NCBI GenBank assembly: GCA_009859145.1
Contig: VRVR01000025.1
Location: forward strand, 264,131-328,130
Origin: Andalucia godoyi And28
Taxonomy: Eukaryota > Protista > Jakobida
Direction: 5' to 3'
Length of the DNA stretch: 64,000 bases
Part shown: piece by piece, positions 38,048 to 47,755 of the stretch
Layout of the letters: every line of letters begins with the position of its first letter
How positions within the stretch are numbered: the stretch's first letter is position 1
Made by a program: the position numbers and the translations under genes
Notes under the pieces: generated by a model
Database searches by the model: none
Told to the model about the DNA's origin: nothing
Seen by the model: only the letters and a program-made list of their open reading frames with translations

Positions 38048-39802
38048 TCACTGGTGTTTGAGTAGATGCGCGTGGGCCGCATAAAATATGGAGAGCGGAT
38101 TTGGTGTGTTCGCAGAACGGGATTGCTGAGGATCCGACGCAGCTGCATCTATCTCGGCATCGGCATCGGCATCGGCATCGGCATCGGCAACCCTCTCTGC
38201 ATCAGCATCTGCAGCAATCTCGGAGGGCTCATGGACGCGTTTTCGCTTTCGGATAACCCAGAACAGTGTTGTGGCCAACACTGCGACCACAATTGTGCCT
38301 CCCACTGCGACTGCAATGATCACTGCTAGATCCAATGGACCCCTTGACGGTGATGACACCCCGTCTGGCACCTGCTTCACAGGTGGTGATGGTACGGAAA
38401 CAAGAGCCAGTGTCAATGTCCCTGGATCAGAAAATGTGATGTAAACAGAGTCCATGCATCCGTCCACGACGCGCACAGTCGTTTGATTCGTCAGTTCCAT
38501 GCCGATTGCTGACGAGTCGTTCGTAAAGAACCATCGAATTTCATGGTATGCGGGCAGAGGAGCAATTGAGCAAGACGAACCAGTCTGAATCGCATAGTCT
38601 GCGCCAAGGCCACTGGCAACAAGAGATACCAGAGAGAAGCTGACTCGATAAGAGGCTGAAAGGCGCTGCAGCACGGAAATCGCAGGATCTTCGAACCCGA
38701 AGCGAAGATAGATGGACCGAGTTCCGACAACCTTGAGCGACGGTTCCGAGGGAATTAAAACCGAAGTGGTCGAATTCGTCTCTGACAGTCGTGCAAACAC
38801 ACGCAAGGAGCTGGCGCGAGACAGGCCATTGTTCGGATCTGTTGCAAAAGACGGAGGAAGGAGAACAGAATCATTCACGTTTCCATGGAAAAAGAACATT
38901 GTCGCGTTGCTGGAAGATATCAACTCGCTGACATTTGTTCCTGTAACATTCAACAAACGCGGAACGATCACAGGAAATACGCTGCTGCAAGAACTGTTCG
39001 TTCCCAGAATTCGACTGGCCGTGTGACACGCTTGAAGAAACATTGACTCATGGCTGAACATCGGAATCCACAAGGACATATTTGCAGTCATTCCATCTGA
39101 CGAAATATCTGCTCTTGCGGGAACAGTTGCAATTGGAACACTGAGCAACCCACGAGAAGCGTTCAGTGTCTCGTATTCGACTTCTCCGTCTGCAAACAAT
39201 CGAGCCACGGTACCATTCACATACACCGCTGCAGACTTCAGGAAACAGAAGCCGGCACTGATCTCTTCATCCGAGCACAGTACAACGTTTGGCGTGGTTG
39301 CAGAGAGACCGTGGATTTCGAGACTGTACAACTCAGCAGGAAACCGAAACACCGGCATGCAAGTAGTTGGTCCGTGCTCACGACCGGAAGTGAAAGAAAG
39401 CCACAGACGCGACATGTATCCCAAGTAGCCTTCCGATCCCGTCGGCTGAATGCCATCGAACCGCACCAAAAGGTCCGTTGTCGACGAATTGAACACGAAA
39501 CTCCGGGAAACACTGACGAAGCGCGGCACAGCGCTGGCATTGTTAAAACATTGCATTACAGAAGCCAGAGAGCTGGACATAAACAGCTGGTAGGTCACGG
39601 ACTGCAAACTGGCGAACGTTTCGGATGAGAGATCAAACGCCTGACTCATGTTCAAGATCCTGATGCTGAAGGACTCCGCAGAGTAAAACACAGGTTCATC
39701 GGACACCAGCGCAGGAAGTGGAACAGCATGCGTCGCTGTAAAGAGCATCCATGACAAAAACACGAACCACAATCGCAAATTCCTGTTTTGGTTGTTTCGC
39801 AT
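38048..39802 (-). CDS. Type I membrane glycoprotein of unknown family
   Basis: Signal peptide (LWFVFLSWMLFTATHA), many N-x-S/T sequons, a TM helix (LAVIIAVAVGGTIVVAVLATTLFWVI) followed by RKRKR, and a DA-repeat cytoplasmic tail. Confidence 0.85.
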   Translation of the reverse strand: MRNNQNRNLRLWFVFLSWMLFTATHAVPLPALVSDEPVFYSAESFSIRILNMSQAFDLSSETFASLQSVTYQLFMSSSLASVMQCFNNASAVPRFVSVSRSFVFNSSTTDLLVRFDGIQPTGSEGYLGYMSRLWLSFTSGREHGPTTCMPVFRFPAELYSLEIHGLSATTPNVVLCSDEEISAGFCFLKSAAVYVNGTVARLFADGEVEYETLNASRGLLSVPIATVPARADISSDGMTANMSLWIPMFSHESMFLQACHTASRILGTNSSCSSVFPVIVPRLLNVTGTNVSELISSSNATMFFFHGNVNDSVLLPPSFATDPNNGLSRASSLRVFARLSETNSTTSVLIPSEPSLKVVGTRSIYLRFGFEDPAISVLQRLSASYRVSFSLVSLVASGLGADYAIQTGSSCSIAPLPAYHEIRWFFTNDSSAIGMELTNQTTVRVVDGCMDSVYITFSDPGTLTLALVSVPSPPVKQVPDGVSSPSRGPLDLAVIIAVAVGGTIVVAVLATTLFWVIRKRKRVHEPSEIAADADAERVADADADADADAEIDAAASDPQQSRSANTPNPLSIFYAAHAHLLKHQ

Positions 39803-40722
39803 TGCGTTCGCTTTAGCAGCCAGATCAACAAACGACCCCGTGCGATTCTCAGAAGCAATGGATCAGCGAACCAGAATCGCAGGTTCGCAGCTCGCGAAAC
39901 TCTGTGATGAAAGCCGTCAAAGGAGAAAGCGACCAACTCTGGAAGACATGTCTGTGCCAGCCAACCAAAACTCCCGAGGTGGATATTTTGGAGGCCGCCA
40001 TAGCAATTTCAAAGGAAAATTGACATGCGAAACTTCCGAACTTGCAGGCAGAAGACGAAACCCATCACACGCGTGTATGCACCAACCAACCAAGACGAAG
40101 ATCTCGAGCGTATTCATCCACAAGCCCTCTCGCAGCCAGCAATCCGCGAAGTCTGGTACAGTCCTAATGGCTTAACGCCCGGATTCTCTCCGGATGGCTG
40201 GATTTCTGATATTTACATTCGTTGCGATTCTTCATTTACCACCTACTTATTCAGGACACTATGCACATCTCTTTCCCTCTCTCGTAACAGATCGCTCTTC
40301 ATTGTAATCAAAGAAAATTGTACCCCCTACAAATCGCCCTAGATTGCGTATCAGATGCCAGAGGGTGGTGACAAAAGCGATGCTGGTAGACACGGTCTTC
40401 ATTTTGCATGGATTGACCTTGCTGGGAAACGAAAAGAATAATGATCATCGAATCTTTCGATTCGTGCTTAAAGCATCTCGAACTCCGTGAGTATGCTATC
40501 TCCTGAGAATGGAAGAGAAGCTCGGCATTGCTTGGGTTCAGCTAGAAATCAACACAAGAGTGCGACTTGGCAACCTCCGAGGCGACATCTTTGGATTGAA
40601 CATCCAAACCAACAAGAGACACCTCCCAAAAGAGCAAAGGAGGGCATGCATCTCTTATTTCTTGTCTCCCGTTCGTTGTACTGTTCCAACTTTGGGTTTC
40701 AGTACTCTAGTTGATTAAACCT

Positions 40723-41682
40723 ATGATTGCCACGTTTCGTCTTACCGGATTGTCTTTCAACAACATTCGAAAGGAGATCACCATTGTATCGCTTGGTGTT
40801 CTTGTTGGCGCACTGATTTCGCAGTCCCAGAATAAGTATCAGGTTTCAGCCCGTGCAAGCAATCTGATGGAAGAAGTGTTTTCCGCTCATCCGGACATTC
40901 GAAACGCCTGGAAGTCATTTTCCGATCCTGAAAAGATTGTGGTTTATCTTATCCGGAAATTGAATACTGTCTTGGGGCATGTCAGCCAAGTGGCGAAGAA
41001 GAAGAAGGGTACTTCCGTCACAGTACCGGCGCAAGAGGACAACACAACGCTGCTGGTGACTCCGCTGGTGGTTTGTGCGCCCCAGATTTTTGTAGATCGC
41101 CTCGAACGTGAGTGTGTTCCTCAATCATCGCATAACTTGCCCAATAGCGACGCCCCACTGGCAAAGCGCAAGAAGACGGCCAGCACTTCGGCTGCACCTG
41201 CTGTTGACGGACGCAGTGTGGCTTGCGCCTTTGCGGAACCAGAATTTCCATGCTCATGGGCAATGTTTTGCGGTGGTAGAATTTCTGAGACAATGTGCCA
41301 AGACATTCTTAGGCAATGTGGGTTCGACCATTCCTTGTTCGACAAAACTTCGACGAAATCCAAGTCCGTGGCGTTTGATCTTGCAATGTATGCATTCTTC
41401 GCACTCTCTGTCACTGGCTTTTGGATGCGTCATGGAATGCAACTTACTCCGGCTGTTGGTGCTGTTAGTGCGAATTGGTGGACGCCTACTTCGATCAGTG
41501 CGGCGTCTTCATTGTTTTTGCTATTTGCTGGATTACGTTGCCGAGGGCTGCTCAGTTTCGTCAATGGCAACTCTTCCATAATCAGGACATTTGACAGCGT
41601 TCGTCCTTCCTTTTTCAGTGCAGCAAAGAGTGAAAACAAATTCGGAACTCGAGATCAGTTTCTCATGCTATTTCCGGGATGA
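40723..41682 (+). CDS. Orphan ORF convergent with the CACTA transposase; possibly the 3' part of a decayed or accessory element gene
   Basis: ~320 open codons with NLS-like AKKKKG and PLAKRKK. Upstream 39.9-40.7 kb contains coding-like fragments broken by stops. Confidence 0.45.
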   Translation: MIATFRLTGLSFNNIRKEITIVSLGVLVGALISQSQNKYQVSARASNLMEEVFSAHPDIRNAWKSFSDPEKIVVYLIRKLNTVLGHVSQVAKKKKGTSVTVPAQEDNTTLLVTPLVVCAPQIFVDRLERECVPQSSHNLPNSDAPLAKRKKTASTSAAPAVDGRSVACAFAEPEFPCSWAMFCGGRISETMCQDILRQCGFDHSLFDKTSTKSKSVAFDLAMYAFFALSVTGFWMRHGMQLTPAVGAVSANWWTPTSISAASSLFLLFAGLRCRGLLSFVNGNSSIIRTFDSVRPSFFSAAKSENKFGTRDQFLMLFPG

Positions 41683-44442
41683 CATGCAGTCCTTACAATT
41701 GGTGTTCATTTGTACAACCATAAGTAAGAATGTCCTTGTAGTTTGATATCCACAACCTCGCAGATCCATTTGTCGTCTGCTACCTGCAGCGATTCCTCTG
41801 TTACGATTATTTCGGACTTTGTAAGCGAGAATGGGATTGAGTTTCATCTGCTCGATGACAGCGAAACCCACGAAGGATCCCATTTGAAACTTGAGTGACC
41901 TGCATCAGTGTCGTTTCTCCAGTATCATCGACTAATACGACGCAGAAGAACGGCACAGGTTTCGAAGCTACGAGTCGATTGACGTTGACGAATCTCAGCA
42001 GATTCAGATCCGGATTCTCGCAGCCCTCTTCGATCACTAGGTCATCAAATATCCCGAGACAGGCTAGACGATGAAGTCCGAGACGACCAAGAATAGTCGC
42101 ACAAACCGCTGTTGAACTGACATTCGTATTTGTGGAGAACTTTCGAATCCATTTGTTCGTCCTCTCAAATGCAAAAGCTGTGTTGAGTGAGAGCAATCCA
42201 AGTAATCTGGTGACATGGACATAATGTTGCGCCATGTGCAGAGAAGGTCCAGTGAAAAGACCTTGATTCACGAATGCCGAAAACGTGTCTCGGAAAGATA
42301 TCCAATACATTTCTGGTAGTTCTTCCGTGAAGAAGTCTTCATCCACATCAAAAAATGCTTTTCTGCAGAAAAGAGCCAAGTACTTGGAATGCTGGAACAG
42401 GGAAGACCAGATCTCAGAGCTGAAAAACTCGTGTTCAGAAGGAAGCATCTCACAGAGTGCAACCGGAACATACAACATTGTTAGCATCTTTTGATGTCCT
42501 GTACAGGTCGCCTTCCACATCTTAAATGATGTGAACTTTGCTCCAGAATCTCCATCTTTTCTGAATATCGGACGAAGAACATCACAAAGACAGCTCCAAA
42601 ATCGAGGAGGAAGACGATTGTTTGAAAAATACGATCCAAGTAAAGACATATGATCGATCACAAGATTTTCGCCCTCCGTATGAAAGAGATCAATGTTCAG
42701 AGTACGGGGCATGTCGTCACTCAGTCTCCAAAGATCAGAAAACGAAGAGTATCCCAACGAAGCAGCGACTTCTTCCCTCCGGCGGGAGTCTGACGAGCTG
42801 AGGTCCCGAACAAATAAATGCTCATTGGGAAGTCGTCGAGGGTAGACATCGAACGTGTCTGACGACTCTCGATGAACCTCCTACCGCATACGCATGCTAT
42901 CTGGCCCTCCAGAATACATGCAGTGCGTGCAGGGAAATTTGCTGACACCGAAGCTTTTCAACCCAGCTACTTTGTTACGTGCCACGCCATCCACGACACT
43001 GTTGGTGTAAAACGGGACAACGAAAAGGCGCGCTTTACGAAGCGGTCCGGCTGCTTCGACACTGAACGTTGGTAGGTTTATGAGAAACGCTGGAGGAAGT
43101 TCTTCCATGCTTTTCACAGCAAGTTGCACGACCTGCGAAGGCGCATCCTGTTCCACGTTGCGACACAACACGAAAGGGGCAAACAACGACGAGCGCATTC
43201 TCTCAGGGATGTAATGTACTCTCACGCCCGTGAGTGTAGCGCAAGCAGCATAGCCCGGAGAACTTTTGCGCCTTGTCATCGGCAGCCCATCAAAGAATAG
43301 CTGAATTGGTGCAAAGACTAACTCAGTGTGATACGAGGCATCTGCAACTGCCTTCTTATGCAACTCCATCCAATTATGTTTTTGTTGATGCTCTGCAAGA
43401 GCAATGAAGTGTCTCTCACATTGCCAGCGCTCATCCACTCTTCCATTGGAATGTGATGTGATCATTTTCATCGAGGGAAGAACGTCATCAAATGGTAACC
43501 CTGTTGCAAGTCGGTTGAAAAGGGGCTGCAATAGCGGTTGGCTCTTCTGAGTCGACCTAATCAGCTCTTCGACAATTGTCTGCGTACTTACCCAAGACAG
43601 CAGAATCGGAAAAAGTCGGAATACGACAATGTCCTGTCCGCATATCGGCCGTTCGACTCCGGAAAAAGACGGGGCCGCTTTCCACATATGACTGCGCACC
43701 GTGCGCGCGTCTTTAGGGAACTTGAAACCCGGACGATCCGGACCGGAAGCTCCTAAACCGGCTTCTTCGACGATTACTGATCCCCCAAGAAGAAACCTCT
43801 GCATACTGTTTTTGAGTCCAATTTTGCTCAGCAAGCATTCTACACAATTTTAGGTATGCTTTCGTCATTGTCGGGCCTTGCAAGAGCATGACAGCAGATT
43901 CTGTGTTTTAACGTTGCCCAGTCTAACACCACAACCTCCAACGTTGACTCTGGAGTGGGAGACGGTGGCAAACTCTGGAACTCCTCGCCACCATCATCAC
44001 TATCATCATCATCATCACTCGCATCGTTCCACGTGTCTCCAAACCCCAATTCTTGTTCAGCGGTGCCACCAGTGTCCGGGAAAACTGCACGATGACCGTC
44101 CTCAGACAACGACGTGGTGCTACGCGGACGTTTTGGAGCAGGCAACGAAGACCGTCCTGCCTCCAGTCTGGAATCCCTGAGGCGCGGATGAATACAGACA
44201 TGTAACCCAAAGTAATGATCAAGCAAATGAGCATGCGACTCCAGAACGACTCTGCAACCTGTTTCCGGGCATGGTAGAGGAAAATTGCAAAGGTGGATCC
44301 TTATATTAGCCTGCAGATGCCTTTGAAGGCGAGACGCTACTTCGAAGGACATCGGGCATAACGGACATCTGTACCGATTAACCCCATCGGTCTGCGGAGC
44401 GATCGACGTGGGAGCGGGATTATCACCCACCCGCAACTGCAT
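41668..44442 (-). mobile_element. Decayed CACTA/EnSpm (CMC) transposase with N-terminal C2H2-like fingers
   Basis: Motifs QLFFDG, VVDGVARNKVAGLKSFGVSKFPCTHC, NIDLFH and PSLHMAQHY...FAFERTNKWIRKFSTN follow the CMC D-D-E pattern. Lesions: frameshift at T4 43848-43851, in-frame TAG at 42881-42883, probable frameshift near 41880. Confidence 0.82.
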
Positions 44443-44776
44443 GTAAGTAACAAGGGACTAGATATGAAGAGCGGAATTATTAAAACGGATGTACCAAGCA
44501 TTCAACATGATTGTTTTTATTCATCCCGGATTCATCGCGGATTCTCCACCAGTGTTTTTCGCTCTCCAGGAGTGGATTACTATGAAAAGCAATCCAAGGT
44601 CATCCGCCGGACTTCGCGGATTGCTTGCTGTTAGCTGCGCCGTTGAAGGAACAACACAAATGGACTACGAGCGTTAACGGCCGTTGCATTTGTCCTGGTT
44701 ACGGTGGTTGGAGACTAAGTGTCGGGACTCGAGGACTGTTCAACTTTGGATTGTAGATACGCAAAGTCTAATCAAG

Positions 44777-45028
44777 GTGACCAAGAAGCGACGTAACGCG
44801 GGACGCGCCAAGAACGGACGTGGCCACGTCAAGCCCAAGGCATGCTACTACTGTGGACGCCTCGTTGCCAAGGACAAGGCCATCAAGCGTTTCATTGTCC
44901 GCAACATTGTCGAGTCTGCCGCTGTTCGTGATCTTTCTGATGCGTCTGCCATCAAGGACTACGCTCTGCCGAAGTTGTACATCAAGCAGTACTACTTCGT
45001 GTCGTGTGCAATCCACTCCAAGACCGTT
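44777..45028 (+). pseudogene. RPS26: Truncated 40S ribosomal protein S26 (eS26) copy
   Basis: [17 protein letters not shown]...[23 protein letters not shown]...[23 protein letters not shown] sits at the Met position, a zinc-ligand Cys is replaced by Phe, and homology stops abruptly at codon 84. Confidence 0.93.
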
Positions 45029-45064
45029 CCTGCAGTTTTTCTTTTCATTGGTTTGTTTTATTTT

Positions 45065-47177
45065 TCAAACGGTATTTTCATTTTTCTGTCGACAACACAA
45101 TGGACTAGGATCTGAAGGCGAAATTGCAGGTTGTTTAGGAGGCCTCGTATCTTCGTAACCAGCGTCTGCCCTTCTTTTGCGTTTCATCTTGCAAAAATCG
45201 TAGTTTGCGTGGATAAACATCATACTGTTGACAGTGTTCGGATGAAGACGGTGACGTCGGTCGGATATTGTGTATCCAGAAATGGAGAAGACACGCTCAC
45301 TACTCACACTGGATGCTTGGACACCTCCGTATCTGCGGGCTATATCAGCAACTTGAGGGAACAGGGACTGCAGCGATTTCCACGTTTCAGACCATGTTGG
45401 TAGATCGTCACCAAGCCAACGACATGGATGGTTCACATACGACGTGACAATTGACTCAAAAGCATCTTTGGATACATGCTCGTCGTCATCAAATATCGGA
45501 CCTATGAGCCGAAAATTTTGAGAAACCTCGGATGAAGAGTGGGGAGTATTGTTCCTTGGAGACGGAGCTGGAATCCTGCTTCTCGACGCAACAAAGCACA
45601 TAACAACCGTTCTACCTCACGGCTTTCGCTCGACGGCATGTACCCTGTTTTGATTCGCGGGTCGAGAACCGATGAATCCAGAAATGTTTTCAAACGCGCC
45701 CTTAAGTGATTTCCAAAGGATAAACGAATTGAAGAAAGTGCTGCATTGCACAACTCCGACGTTACTGATGACACTTCTGCTTCAACCGTTTGCGGACACT
45801 GCGATTTTCTCTTGCGAGCTTTTTTGGAAGTCGTTCCTACGCAGTCCAGAGTTTCGTCCACAAAAATAAACTCCAGTGGCGAGATGGAGGCGTCGATCAC
45901 GTCAGTTTTGTCGACTGTCTTCATGTTGGCTTGCAGCTCTCGGATGGTTCTTTCATCGTGGTCGGGATAGAGACTGAATAGCGTCCTAACAGTCGGAATA
46001 ACGAGGCTTGCAACCGTTTCTTGATTCATGGAGAACCAACGGGTGGCTTGTTCGAAAGGACGCAACACAGGAAGTAAAGATTCGATAAAAGACCATTCAA
46101 CAGAATTCATCCGCAGATCTTCACGCTTGATCGCAACCAACACAAGTTCGATGGAGTCCTTCAGTTTTAGCAGTCGTTCAAGCGCATACAGCAGAGAGAT
46201 CCATCGCGTCTTACATTCAGTTTTGATTGTGAGAGGAGAGGTGACACCCGCTCGTTTTTGATACTCTACCAATTCACGAGTTGCCTTATTGCTGCGATGG
46301 AAGAATTCCATGATTTTCTTGGCCTTTTCAACGACGTAATCACACACTCGATTACTGAGAGATCCTTGAACTGATAATTGCAGAGTATGGATGAAACATC
46401 GAAGATGCGGGAGATTGGCATTCACAACAGCGTTCACTTGCACGTCAGCGTTATCAGTTGTGACCGAAACGACCGTATCATGCCGAATTCCGTAATCTTC
46501 CAGGCATTTGGAAAGGCTTGTGCGCAAGGAATCTGTGGATTCCCCTGATGGCAGGCAGCTCAAAAGAACATTCACAATTTCGAAGTCTTCATTCACAAAA
46601 TGCGCTGTCACTGCAACAAAATGATGGCCATTTTTCGACGACCATCCATCTGTCGTCAAAGAAACTCCTGATGCATCCTGTGAAAGAGAATCGCCGACAA
46701 AATCATGAATCTCCTTTTCAATCTGAGGCAACAACGTCTGTGACAGGTGCTGTCGATCCGGGATTTGAAACCTTGGCTCAATCAGTTCGAGGAGCTGCTT
46801 GAAACCTTTGTTCTCCACAACAGACAAAGGTTGAATATCATGGCAGATCATATAAACAATGGCTTCACGGAGTTCCTTTTTGCGACTATTTGTCAGAGGC
46901 TTGGCAAAGAAGTTGCTGATAGTAGGCGCGACGGTTGATTGGGGTGAGGAAACAGCTTTCCAGTCCGAAAGATGCTTCGATTCTAAATGATCGCGAAGCT
47001 TGTCCGTTGTCGGTTTGAGATACGGATACGTCTTCGGCTTCTCGTTCATCCTGAAAACGCAGAGTGCACAACAAACCTCTGGATGCTCCTTGCTGTCACG
47101 GATCACTTCGACGCCATTCCCAGACGAACAGTCTCTCTTCCTTGTCAAGGTGATTGTTCTCGTTCTTCCGGTGTCAC
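45065..47177 (-). mobile_element. hAT transposase (BED-like finger, DDE core, hATC dimerisation domain), frameshifted, with its 5' end replaced by a pogo fragment
   Basis: CCALC...LRDHLESKH, SLTTDGWSS, TTDNA, CFIHTLQL, TRWIS, LDPRIK. Then in another frame, after a shift near 45560-45600: FPQVADIARRY..ASSVSSERVFS..DRRHRL. Confidence 0.9.
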
Positions 47178-47449
47178 CCAGGTACTTTGACTCCATTTGG
47201 AGGAAATCCTGCTTCAGGAGGGGCATGTTCCTCTGCACTCTGTACACCGCGTAGAGTGATACAACCGCCTCTCTTCCTCCGGACACAGCGCAGCAGATCG
47301 TAATAGATGCCCACGTACTTGCGCACGGTACGCTCAGGAGACTGCAGATCGTGGTATTTTGCACCATCGATGATATGCGCAAGGACGTCCTTCGTGAGCT
47401 GCGCTTCCGAATTTGACTCTTTTCCTGTTGGGGATCGTTTTTTGACCAT
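47178..47449 (-). mobile_element. 5' fragment of a pogo transposase related to 2005-3856, abutting the hAT ORF
   Basis: Aligns by eye to 3390-3511 and 3703-3856 (MVKKRS...QLTKDVLA.II.G.KY.DLQSPERTVRK; VYRVQRNMPLLKQ), with many third-codon-position differences. Confidence 0.9.
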
Positions 47450-47755
47450 TTTGCGGAGCTCAATAGAAGCGTAATGAACAATATCAGATGACGATTTTTA
47501 ACACGAATTTTCCCGGCATGACAAGTGCGAAAAAAACCGGCAATATTAGGTGGTTTCACGATGCAGCCGACTGCTCCAGTCCATACGTGATGTTCTGAAG
47601 AGCTGTCAGTGCCTCTGAAGGTCTGTTGCACTATGCAACTACTTTAACCGCTGGGCTAATGTTGTGGTTATGACACACTAGAGTGGGCCACAAGTGCAAG
47701 AGATCAACGCCGTCCTTTACAACACATTCTACAAAAATGAATCAGAGGTTTACAT

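Noticed and set aside
38155-38189. (CGGCAT)n and other short tandem repeats as a CRISPR-like array
   Set aside because: These are contiguous hexamer repeats without spacers; this one encodes the DA repeat of a membrane-protein tail.
40257-44560. CACTA (40257) and CAGTG (~44550) as CACTA element termini
   Set aside because: The sequences internal to these pentamers are not complementary, and no TSD or subterminal repeats are seen.
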